Source: an uncultured Planctomycetota bacterium
Lineage (GTDB): Bacteria > Planctomycetota > Planctomycetia > Isosphaerales > Isosphaeraceae
Direction of reading: 5' to 3'
Length of the DNA stretch: 64,000 nucleotides
Assembly: GCA_963845755.1 (NCBI GenBank)
Contig: CAWJTV010000034.1
Location: forward strand, 640,001 to 704,000
Part shown: piece by piece, positions 40,143-49,294 of the stretch
How positions within the stretch are numbered: the stretch's first letter is position 1
Layout: the number at the start of each line of letters is the position of its first letter
Notes under the pieces: model-generated
Seen by the model: only the letters and a program-made list of their open reading frames with translations
Database searches by the model: none
Told to the model about the DNA's origin: nothing
Position numbers and translations under genes: made by a program

Positions 40143-41744
40143 AATGGCACGTCCTGAAGCCCTAACCTGCATTGAGCAAAGCAGTTTTGGCTTGCTTCCG
40201 GGGCACGGTCAACAACGGGTACGGCTTGGGCCGGCGTTTGCGGGCTCGCGGTTCCACTCGATCGGGGCGATAGCCCTCCTCGTCGTCGGCGATCGAATTC
40301 AGGACGACGCGCCAGAGCCACGGCCGAGCCGGCGCCGACGCTTCCCGCAGGGCTGGTCCGAACTCCTGCACCGTCTGCAACGCCCCCTTGAAACTCAGCC
40401 GGCGCGGCTCGCGCCGGTGGGCCAATGACGCTCTCGCCATCAACGCCCGGATCACATTGTATCCCAACAGCGCCATCCAAATCTCCTTGCGCACCATCTC
40501 CGGCGTCTTGCTCCCCAGCATGTCGATCCCCAGCACCACCTTCAGCGACCGCAGATCCAACTCCACGTGCCACCGCTTGCGATACAATATCCCAACATCT
40601 TTTTTGGTGTAGATCTCCGCATTCAAGAGCGTCGTGACCACCTCCAGCACCCGCGTGCGGAAGCCACGCTGCTCGACGTGAATCCGGATGATCCGCACCT
40701 CCACCGTCGCGGCGACGCTCTCATAGGTCGCTTCGTCCATCCACTCCGGACGCGCCGGCCGGTCCCATCTGACGATCTGATCGCCCTGGCCCAACCGCCG
40801 ACCCCGGCGAAAGTCGCTCTTCCGCCGTTGATGGAGCCGGAACACGCTATCCACTCCACGCTGCTGCAACAGTACGATATCAAAATACGATCCATAATAA
40901 CGGTCACCCAGGACCACATCTCCCGGCTCCAACTCGTCCCGGAGGCCGCGAAACAAGGCATTTTCCCCGGTCTGCTTCCCCTGGTACTTGCCGATGGCCG
41001 CCTCCAGCACCGACCCGGTGGCCAGGCAGAAGATCACCACGAACCGGGCGATCGGAAAGCCCAACCCGGGCTTCTGGGACGAGAGCTGGGGATACGCCTT
41101 CTGGTTGGCCAGGGTATCGGCCATGATCGCCGTGCTGCCGTCGACCATCTTGACCCGGCGGCGGCACCACAGCCAGACCTCGGCCGCCCCTTGAGAGGTC
41201 TGGGCACCAAGTTGTCGCATCAAGCAATGAAGGGCCGATTCCGGCAGCCGGGCCCGAGCCTTGCAGTAGGGACCGGTGTCGGCGGCGTCGAGCTTCTGAC
41301 CGTGCGCAGGCCATCCAGGCGGACAGCCGCTTCAGCACCGCCCGGCACGAGCGATCGGCGCTGAGCCGCTGCCAGAAGAAGGCCCAGAAGGTCACATAGG
41401 GGGTGTAAAGCTTCGCCCTCCAGCGCCCCCCTTCCTCCTTGAGCACCTGCTCGACGGTGGCCTTGGGGAGGATCTCCTCGACGCCCAGTTCCGGTGGGAC
41501 GGTCCCGGGGTTGCGGAGGCGATGGAATGGGGCGCGGAACCGCGGTGTGGTAGACTGGGCCATGAGAGACCTCCTTGCGAGTGATGGTGTGGATGACACC
41601 CCCATCATCCGACAAGTGAGGTCTCGTTTCACCGCCAGAGAGACGGCCGGCGAGGCCGCCGGGGCCGGCGATCTCTAAGGAATTCATGGATGCGCTCCGG
41701 AATCGCCGTGTTGCAAGGAGGTTACGCCTTCAGGACGTGCCATT
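40143..41744 (-). mobile_element. IS4-family IS inserted in group II intron domain V
   Basis: 17-bp IR AATGGCACGTCCTGAAG / CTTCAGGACGTGCCATT; direct repeat GAGCCAGATGCG at 40131-40142 and 41745-41756. Confidence 0.92.
40162..41563 (-). CDS. IS4 family transposase; frameshifts ~41225-41310
   Basis: VDGST, GDRYY, YRKRWHVELDLRSLK, RPDRVEPRARKRRPK; N-terminus MAQSTTPRF in ORF 40904..41632. Confidence 0.88.
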
Positions 41745-41812
41745 GAGCCAGATGCGTTTAACGCACGTCTGGATCTGTGGGGGGCCTGGGTGACCACCCA
41801 GGTCTACCCGGC
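41745..41812 (+). ncRNA. group II intron domains V-VI (3' end of ribozyme remnant)
   Basis: GAGCCAGATGCG-TTTAA-CGCACGTCTGGATC (DV, AGC triad) followed by TGTGGGGGGCCTGGG-TGACCA-CCCAGGTCTACCCGGC (DVI with bulged A). Confidence 0.82.
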
Positions 41813-41866
41813 CCGACCCGAATACGCCGACCCGCACGGCCGTTGTCGTTTCCCGTCCACATCCTT

Positions 41867-42553
41867 TCAGCCGCGTCGCCTCTTCGTCCACACGCCGAGC
41901 CCCATTACCACGGCGGTCCCGGCCAGCACGAACGAGGAGGGTTCAGGGACGCTCGCGATGCCGATCGTGACGGTTTGGGTCGCGTCAACGGTCGAGATGG
42001 CTTGAAAGGATATGCTGTTGTTAGGGCCGAACGTCCCAGTGACCTGGACGGCGAATCCGTCATTCACAGTATTCGCCGACCCGAGGAATGACACGCTACC
42101 GCCGTTGAACTGGGCGTTGTTGCTCGCCAAAACGGTCAACGCGAGGGCGCCGAAGTTATAAGTGACTTGCGGATCGTCGAAATTAAAGAAAAGGATGGGG
42201 TTTACCACGTTCTGACTCAATGTGAGTGTCTGTACTTGCGGCGTGCCGGCGAACTCGCCGAGGGAAGCCCCTGTGTCGAACGTGGTCCCGTCCGGGGCCG
42301 CAGCCGCGGTGCCGAGGCCCATGCTCCATTCCCGGCCGCCGAAAACCTCGCCTGCGTTGATCGGCCCACCAACCGAGGTGGTGTCGGTCACTGCGATCGT
42401 CCCGCCGGCCAGCGTCCCCGCGCTGGTCCCGTCTTCGCTCGCGTCTGGAGCCCAGTTCACTGTGTCAACGACGCCAGCGGTCCCGACTGTCGGGACGAGA
42501 CCGGACGCAACGGCCAGAAGAAGAGTGGACATAGCCTTCCGCATCGTGAACAT
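41867..42553 (-). CDS. PEP-CTERM secreted protein
   Basis: Signal peptide; C-terminal VPEPSSFVLAG..VWTKRRRG. Confidence 0.88.
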   Translation of the reverse strand: MFTMRKAMSTLLLAVASGLVPTVGTAGVVDTVNWAPDASEDGTSAGTLAGGTIAVTDTTSVGGPINAGEVFGGREWSMGLGTAAAAPDGTTFDTGASLGEFAGTPQVQTLTLSQNVVNPILFFNFDDPQVTYNFGALALTVLASNNAQFNGGSVSFLGSANTVNDGFAVQVTGTFGPNNSISFQAISTVDATQTVTIGIASVPEPSSFVLAGTAVVMGLGVWTKRRRG

Positions 42554-42742
42554 CGTCCGTATCCCTTCCATCAAGAAAAGTGGGCTACCAAGGTCCGGGT
42601 ATTAGGCCGAGCGATTCTAATATTTCAATCAGGAAAACACGATGGCCCCGAAATTATGTTGTTTTTTTTCGACATAAGACACTTCGATTTAACTGACGGA
42701 TGCCGGGCATCACCCGAACGGGGGAAATCTGGGGTCAGGGGC

Positions 42743-42948
42743 GAATGGCACTCGGATTTCTGTAACTCGTTGCAAAACAATCAGTTATGTCGTCGATATC
42801 CGCTCGCATTTGTTGCCCTCGCTTTGGGCCATGTTGGGAATCCCCGGGGATTGCGAGAACCATCCCCGCGCACGACTCCGAACAAATGCGGTAACAATCG
42901 ACGAAACTCTTCTCATTACAATACTTTGCAAAAATCCGAGTGCCATTC
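42743..42948. mobile_element. 206-bp IS4-type MITE
   Basis: TIR GAATGGCACTCGGATTT / AAATCCGAGTGCCATTC; shares AATGGCAC with the IS4 at 40143; no TSD seen. Confidence 0.7.
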
Positions 42949-43551
42949 AGAACTGCTCTGCTCTGAAACCTTGGCGACGGGATCGGACCCGCTCTGCGCA
43001 ACACCCCCACCCAAGGCTCCCGCCTCGCATAGGAACGCATGCATACAAGACGATTCCAAAGGTCGATATCGGTCCGCTCTGTGGCCAGGCCATCTCGAAC
43101 CGTTGGCCTAGCCAGCGGGGTCGACCGGATGGCCGCCCCAAAAAGGACCGCGCCACGGGTTGGACATCGGGGAGAGACAGCATTCTGCTCGACGTGCACC
43201 ACCGGCCCCGGCGAACGGGCGCGGCGGGCGACAAGTTCGGATACGCCCGAGGTCACTTCGCCAGGCTGACACGCGGGCTCGAAGCACCGGTTTCATTACG
43301 GCGTAAGACCCATGCGCGGTCGCTCTGCAGGATACCAGAGACCGACTCCGTTTTCATCGGTTCGGGTGCCGCCACAGCCCTGAGAAATCCGCCCCTCGGG
43401 CGGTAGGCCGGCACGCGGAAGCCGCGTGGATGGCGACCGAGGGCCGGCAAAGGCCGTAAGGGGACGGGCTCGAAGGCGGCTTCGAGTGCGACCGCTATCA
43501 GACCCTGAAGAACCCGGCTGAACCTGGAACACGCCCACCCGCCACCGGCGG

Positions 43552-44950
43552 CTAACTGCTGTCCAGTCGGATCTGGATCGGCCCGGCTCCGGCCGGCTCG
43601 AAGACCTCGTCCGGCCAGTGTCGAAACCGCAGGCTCTCCAACAATCGTTGCGCCATGTTCTTCAACGAGCCGAACAGCTCCACGGCCGTTCGCTTCCCCT
43701 GCTCTTGGGCCAGGTGCCGCAACAGGCTCCCCTTCTCCACCAGTTGCAACAGCAGATGGGCGATCTGCAACAGGAAATAGTAGGCCGGCCAGCATCTGTG
43801 GCTGTAGGCATGTTCCAGGTTCAGGCCACTGTTCTTCTGGGTGTTAAATCCCTCGTTCTCCTCGCGCCAGCGTGCCCTCCCTCCGTTGGTCGCTACTTCC
43901 ACCACAGTCTCGTGGCTCAAATCCAGAGAGGTCACCCACGACCATTCCGTCTGCTTTCCCTCCTTGCCCGTCTCGGTGCACTCCAGAGCGTTGATGGTCC
44001 AGTCCCGACCATCACTGTCCCTGTAGTGCAGGCCGTTGATCCAGCGATAGACCTGCCGGACCCCTTGCGGCGTCATCCGTTCCACGCGCTGGTCGGGACA
44101 CAACCGCAGCAACCCCTGGAAATCCTCCCAGAGGGCGGGAAGTCGTCCAGGCTGAAACGTGTAAATGTAGTCGCATCGATAATCTTTGGCGACCTGGAAT
44201 CCTTCTCCGCAGGCATACAGGCCGTCACCGCCGAGGCAAATCCGCAACTGCGGGAACTCGATCCGCAACTTCTCCACCAGGCGTCGCAAGCGCCTTCAAC
44301 TCGCAATCCTGCTTGATCCGTTCCGCGCTGGCACCCGCTGGGGCACTGGCGACGTCGTGGTTGTCGATGAACTCACTGGCGATCGAGATGACCGTGCCGG
44401 CCGGCCCCAGCACCTTGGCCTCCAGCACCTGGTGCATATATAGCGTCGTCTCACCGTGCCGCTGGGTCAGGCAATCGTCGCAATGCCGGGAGTGAAACAC
44501 CAGATAGCCCGAGCCGTCAATCAAGACGACGAACCGCCCCTGCAGCCGCGCCGCGTCCAGAGCCTTCATGCGGATCAACCGCTGGACCATCCGCTGCCGC
44601 AACCCGGCGATGGGGTCGGGGCCGATTTTCCCCAGGAAGTACTCCAAGGTCTGGTTCACCGGCCGGCTCTCTTGCACCGTACCCGCCAGACGATTGAGAT
44701 TGGGCAGGACCTCCGGGCCGTCGGTGTTCAACTGGTAGTCCAGTTGGCGCCGGCTGCTCAACTTGCACAGGAACAAACTCAGCCCCCACCACAGCAGGAA
44801 CCGCTTGTGGTAGATCACCAAGGGGGCAAACCGCGGGTCATCGATCGCATCGATCCAGGTGTTGAGATCGGGGAAGAAGTGACCCAGGGTTCGCACCAGG
44901 ATAGGTCCGATGTTCAGCGTCGTCCCCGCCGCCGCTTTCGGTGCGAGACG
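43552..44950 (-). CDS. DDE transposase (ISAs1/IS4-like); frameshift ~44295, start uncertain
   Basis: IDDPR, LIDGSG, KQDCELKA, GDGLY, GRARWREENEGFNTQKNSG. Confidence 0.82.
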
Positions 44951-45270
44951 TGGCCCTGGATCAAGGCCAGGGTCAACTGGCTGATTTCGTGGATCAGGCC
45001 TTTGAGACGTTGGTGTTCTTGCACCCATTCTTGGACCTCCGTGAGCAGGTCCTGGGGCACATACACCGTGCGAGTCTTACCCCCCTCCGAGAAGGTGAGG
45101 TGGTGGGCGGAGTGCAACGGGCCACCGTGGTGGCAGGCGCAGGAGGGCTGGCCGCAACGTTTCTGCACCTGGGCCAGGCTGGCCGCCAGGAGCGGCCCAG
45201 CCGGAGCCAGTTGCTTGAGGCGGCGGTCGAGCATCCGACGGACCAGCGTGGGGTGGCTCGGCACATGCAT
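44914..45270 (-). CDS. DUF6788-like IS accessory protein
   Basis: RCGQPSCACHHGGPLH..GKTRTVYVP. Confidence 0.8.
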   Translation of the reverse strand: MHVPSHPTLVRRMLDRRLKQLAPAGPLLAASLAQVQKRCGQPSCACHHGGPLHSAHHLTFSEGGKTRTVYVPQDLLTEVQEWVQEHQRLKGLIHEISQLTLALIQGHVSHRKRRRGRR

Positions 45271-45609
45271 CGATGGGCCCCTGGAACTTCCGGTAAGTGG
45301 ACCTTATACCGGGAAAGGCCCGAAAAGTCATGAGGTGCGAAGAAAAAAATTGAGGGCCTAGGATGGTCGGGCGCTTCAACAGAGGTTCTACTCGGGACTT
45401 ACGCTGCCGTCAAGGTGCGACAAATTCCCCAATTCCTCAGACTGGTGCCGCCAGAATGGCGACATGTCGGCTGACACCATTTATCGTTTGGCCTGCCCCC
45501 CGTTACTGGGCGCGGCATCGGTGAACTCGACGCCGCGCCCCTTGTTGCCCGGGGGCAGGCTGCCGGCGGCGGTAGCGGTCCCGCCGTTGATGTCGTGATC
45601 CGCGTTGCC

Positions 45610-45885
45610 CTAGACGACGTTGGTCCCAGCGTGGTTGCCCACCACGGCGGGGGTCCCGATGTGGTTGCCCACCGCGGAGTTGGTCCCAGCGTGGTTTCCC
45701 ACCACGGCGTTGGTCCCAGCGTGGTTTCCCACCACGGCGTTGGCCCCGATGTGGTCGCCCGAGATGACGGCGAACGTGGAAAGGAGTTCACGACCTTCAA
45801 GGGCCTCGACCAGGGGTTGACGGTTGGGCAGAGGGCGGCGGGTCATGCGGACAGTCTGGCGGCCGAAGAATCGCGATAACAGCAT
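45610..45885 (-). CDS. small secreted peptide with 10-aa GNH(A/I)GT repeats
   Basis: RBS GGAG; PLVEALEGRELLS export motif; five 30-bp repeats; ends at TAG but the frame stays open to 45481. Confidence 0.75.
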   Translation of the reverse strand: MLLSRFFGRQTVRMTRRPLPNRQPLVEALEGRELLSTFAVISGDHIGANAVVGNHAGTNAVVGNHAGTNSAVGNHIGTPAVVGNHAGTNVV

Positions 45886-46163
45886 TGTCGTAGTCTCCAA
45901 ACGTGGCGGACGATGATCGGGAGGCCGGGGCGTCCACCGCCTCGACCCTTCGCCCGATCGGGGTCGTACTTCTGCTTCTTGCCCGGGTCTTCTCAGTTGC
46001 GCAACCCGAGTGCTTCCGTACCGGTGAGATAAGCAGCGCCGGCGATCCGTGACGCGGAACTTCGAGTTCGAGTCGAACGGATCGGCCGCGACCGCTGTCG
46101 CTTCGTCGGGTCTCATCGTCGTGGCAATGGGGCCGCCTCACACCGGAATCTTGTCGAGAGGCC

Positions 46164-46886
46164 TCAGCGCTTCTTCAACGCTTCCTGGATCTTGGCCACG
46201 GCCGCGTCGATCTGCGCCAGGGCAGCCCCGTGATGGGGAGGGGCGCCTTTCGCTGACAACTCCTCCCGCACGGTCCGCAACGGTCCGAGGGTGTCGCGGA
46301 GGATCGCGTCCGATTTTGCCTGTGTCATACCACCGGATTTACCGCTCGCACCCGGATCCGCTGCGTGCAAATTGTGGAGTGCGCTCCGCACGTGTTCGAG
46401 CGCTTCGTGGCGTTGGTTGTCGTAATCATGATCGGCCCGGTGGAGGTTCGCGACGACCTTGTGCAGGGTCTCGACAATCCGCTTCTCCTGCGGCGTGTGT
46501 TCGTGCTTCTTTTCGGCTTCCTTCTTGCGGTGCTCTACCGCCTGCTTCTTTTTCTCCTGCAGTTCGTGCTCACGTTTCCTCTCGGCCTCCTTCTTGCGGT
46601 GCTCTTCCTCCTTCTTCCTCTGGAGTTCGTGCTCGCGCTTCTTCTCGGCCTCCTTCTTGCGGTGCTCTTCCTTCTTCTTCTGGAGTTCGTGCTCGCGCTT
46701 CTTCTCGGCCTCCTTCCTGCGGTGCTCTTCCTCCTTCTTCTTCTGGAGTTCGTGCTCGCGCTTCTTCTCGGTCTCCCTCCTGGTGTGTTCGGCCTGCGCC
46801 TTGGGGTGCTGGGCGCCGGCCGGACTGACCCCGAACGCAGCACTCATGAACAACGAAGCAATCGCCACTGTAATCATTCGCCTCAT
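46164..46886 (-). CDS. secreted protein with E/K/R/H-rich tandem repeats
   Basis: RBS GGAGG; signal peptide; ~4x EEHRKKEAEKKREHELQKKK; helical C-terminal ADHDY..QAKSDAILR. Confidence 0.8.
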   Translation of the reverse strand: MRRMITVAIASLFMSAAFGVSPAGAQHPKAQAEHTRRETEKKREHELQKKKEEEHRRKEAEKKREHELQKKKEEHRKKEAEKKREHELQRKKEEEHRKKEAERKREHELQEKKKQAVEHRKKEAEKKHEHTPQEKRIVETLHKVVANLHRADHDYDNQRHEALEHVRSALHNLHAADPGASGKSGGMTQAKSDAILRDTLGPLRTVREELSAKGAPPHHGAALAQIDAAVAKIQEALKKR

Positions 46887-47137
46887 CGCGCTCCTCCTGT
46901 GGTCTGCGCGGCTCGCGCCGCATGAAGAAGGACCGAGTCCGCCGTCTGGCCGCTGCTATTGATCAGGTTGATTGCCGCGTAGGTCTTGGTCGCCAGCAGG
47001 ATGCGGTCCTCCATGCCCTCGAACCGGAACAGGGCGCCACGCCGGAACACTCCCCGTGAAGGGCGGTTTCTGCCGCGAAAGAAGCCCGACAAGGCCGACC
47101 AAAGTGGGTGCCGGCGAATCGATCGCATCAGATTCAT
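46883..47137 (-). CDS. short ORF that is mostly a planctomycete export leader (possibly truncated)
   Basis: RBS GAGG; FRFEGMEDRILLA followed by only ~35 aa; stop overlaps the next ATG. Confidence 0.5.
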   Translation of the reverse strand: MNLMRSIRRHPLWSALSGFFRGRNRPSRGVFRRGALFRFEGMEDRILLATKTYAAINLINSSGQTADSVLLHAARAAQTTGGAR

Positions 47138-47814
47138 TCCTCGATGGTGTGTCCGCTGGCGCAGCAGCGTCTATCCCGACGTTCGCGACGATCCATCCTG
47201 ATAGGAGCCTGAGGTACAGATCTGATGACACCGGGCGTGGGTTCCGGTCAGATCGGTGCCCTTGAAAACGCCTTCGTCGCACGCGGCACCTACAGGAACT
47301 GCGCCGCGGCCTCAAATCTCCACAGGCCTGGGGACGTTTTTCTCGACCGGCCGGCGCGGCAGCTGACCAACCGAGGAGGCTTTCCGGGATCCAACACCGG
47401 AATTCGCAACCTTCTCTCGCCCATGATTTCCGAACGCCGTGGCCTCGTCGTCCCTTGATGCCAATGGCTTACGTCAACAAGGGTCGGATTCCCGAGCGGC
47501 CGCCGGAGAGAACGCGACCTTCGTCCTGTGGATGTTGCAGGCTCCGGCGCAGTTCTATCCCGAGGAGTCTCGTTCCGACGTCGAGCGAACGGGGCCATCG
47601 ACGGGCCACGCGACACCTGACCTAGCTCATGACGGGTAACGGGTGTCGCTGCCTGGCGTCACCCCACCGCAAGTCGCCATGCGCCGGACGGATGCGGGAC
47701 CGAGCCGAGCCGGCCGCGAATGGGCCGGGCAGGATGAAGGACATCGGAGCGGTTTGTTCGGACTGAGCTGTTCAGTCCGCAGGTGGGATTTTCCTTTTCT
47801 TAGGAGGGTGGCTC

Positions 47815-48513
47815 ATGCAACGCTCGGGTATCATGGGGTTCATTGCTGCTGTCGCGCTGGGGACCATAGCCTCGATGATTCCGTTGCCCTGTCGAGCCGG
47901 GATCGTCGTGGAGACCGAGTTTGGCGTGAACCTTGATGATTGGACTTCGAACACGCCGAGCGAGGTCAAATGGACAAGCAGCGGCGGAAATCCAGGCGGA
48001 TATGCCCGTTTCGAGGACGCCAGTAGCACCGGAACGTATATCGCAGCCCCGGCTAAGTTCCAGCTCGACTACGAGGCGCTCGGCCTCGACGGCTCGGGCG
48101 TTATCTCGTTCGATCACAAGATTTTCGCATCCGGTTCCGGTGACACGTATGCCCCTTACATGATCACCTTATCCGGTCCGAAGGGGATAGCGACCTGGAC
48201 GGGCGATATGCCCGTGGTGACGAACGGCACCACCCCGTGGGTGACGGTCACCGCACCGCTCATCCAGTCGGATTGGACGGTGATGAGTGGCTCATGGTCC
48301 GGCCTGATGGAGAAAGTGTCGGGCCTTGAGATCCAGATGGAGCTTGTCGTCAACCCCTCCGGCACCGGCTCTGACACCGAAGGGATCGACAATGTTATAC
48401 TGGCGACCGTTCCCGAACCGGGCGGCATGACGCTGGCAATCATCGGCATGGCTTCCGTCGGGCTCATGCACCGGCGATGTCAGCGGACGACGCGGCTCGG
48501 CGGTGTCGCTTGA
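47815..48513 (+). CDS. PEP-CTERM protein with laminin-B-like beta-sandwich
   Basis: RBS AGGAGG; signal peptide; GGNPGGY, APAKF, GIDNV; VPEPGGMTLAII..HRR. Confidence 0.85.
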   Translation: MQRSGIMGFIAAVALGTIASMIPLPCRAGIVVETEFGVNLDDWTSNTPSEVKWTSSGGNPGGYARFEDASSTGTYIAAPAKFQLDYEALGLDGSGVISFDHKIFASGSGDTYAPYMITLSGPKGIATWTGDMPVVTNGTTPWVTVTAPLIQSDWTVMSGSWSGLMEKVSGLEIQMELVVNPSGTGSDTEGIDNVILATVPEPGGMTLAIIGMASVGLMHRRCQRTTRLGGVA

Positions 48514-48640
48514 GCTCCATCGACGCCTCGGCGAGTCCGTCGACCGAGACCGATAGACCCCCGAGCCGGTCACGCGGGACGCACACCGCCATGCGACCCA
48601 CCGGCCGGCGACCGCTCCTCTGACCGTCGGGAGGGAGATC

Positions 48641-49276
48641 GTGCCGAACGAGTCGGATGACGTGGCCGAGCTCCAGCGACGCGTCGAGCAGGGGGACAGC
48701 CAGGCTCTGCTTGCGTTGTTCGCCTGCCATCGCGAACGGTTGAAGCACATCGTCCGGCTGCGGATCGACGACCGCCTCCGGAGGCGGGTCGATCCCTCCG
48801 ACGTGCTCCAGGAGGCGTTCCTCGATATCGCCCGCCGCGCGCCGGATTACGTGGCCGCACCCGCGATGCCCCCGTTCCTCTGGTTCCGCTGGATCGCCGG
48901 GGAGAAGCTCCTGGCCCTGCACCGGCGGCACCTCGGGGCCCGGCTGGGTGGCGCCGGGCTGGAGGTCTCGATCCATCGAGGCGGGTTGCCGCACGCGTCG
49001 TCGGCCTCGCTGGCCGCCATGCTCCTGGGCCGGCTGACCTCGCCGACCCGCGCGGCGCGGCGGTCCGAGGTGCAGCGCAAGATCCAGCAGGCCCTCGACG
49101 CGATGGAGCCCCTCGACCGCGAGATCATCACCCTGCGGCACTTCGAGGAGCTCAGCAACGTCGAGGCCGCCAAGGTCCTGGGCCTCTCGAAGACCGCCGC
49201 ATCCAACCGGTATATTAGGGCGCTGAAGCGCCTCAAGGATGCCATGGGCGGACCCGACGGAGTCCTGGACATCTGA
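48641..49276 (+). CDS. planctomycete ECF sigma factor
   Basis: RLRRRVDPSDVLQEAF, TSPTRAARR, DREIITLRHFEELSNVEAAKVLG. Confidence 0.92.
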   Translation: MPNESDDVAELQRRVEQGDSQALLALFACHRERLKHIVRLRIDDRLRRRVDPSDVLQEAFLDIARRAPDYVAAPAMPPFLWFRWIAGEKLLALHRRHLGARLGGAGLEVSIHRGGLPHASSASLAAMLLGRLTSPTRAARRSEVQRKIQQALDAMEPLDREIITLRHFEELSNVEAAKVLGLSKTAASNRYIRALKRLKDAMGGPDGVLDI

Positions 49277-49294
49277 GCCCGAGGTCCCACCGCG

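Larger units (their letters stand above)
43299..45406 (-). mobile_element. two-ORF IS (DUF6788-like + DDE transposase); ends tentative
   Basis: Imperfect ends CGGCGTAAGACCC and GGGACTTACGCTG bracket both ORFs; no TSD seen. Confidence 0.5.

Noticed and set aside
45610..45612. Pyrrolysine or alternative genetic code
   Set aside because: TAG ends other genes normally (14433, 54466), and there are no pyl genes in the window.
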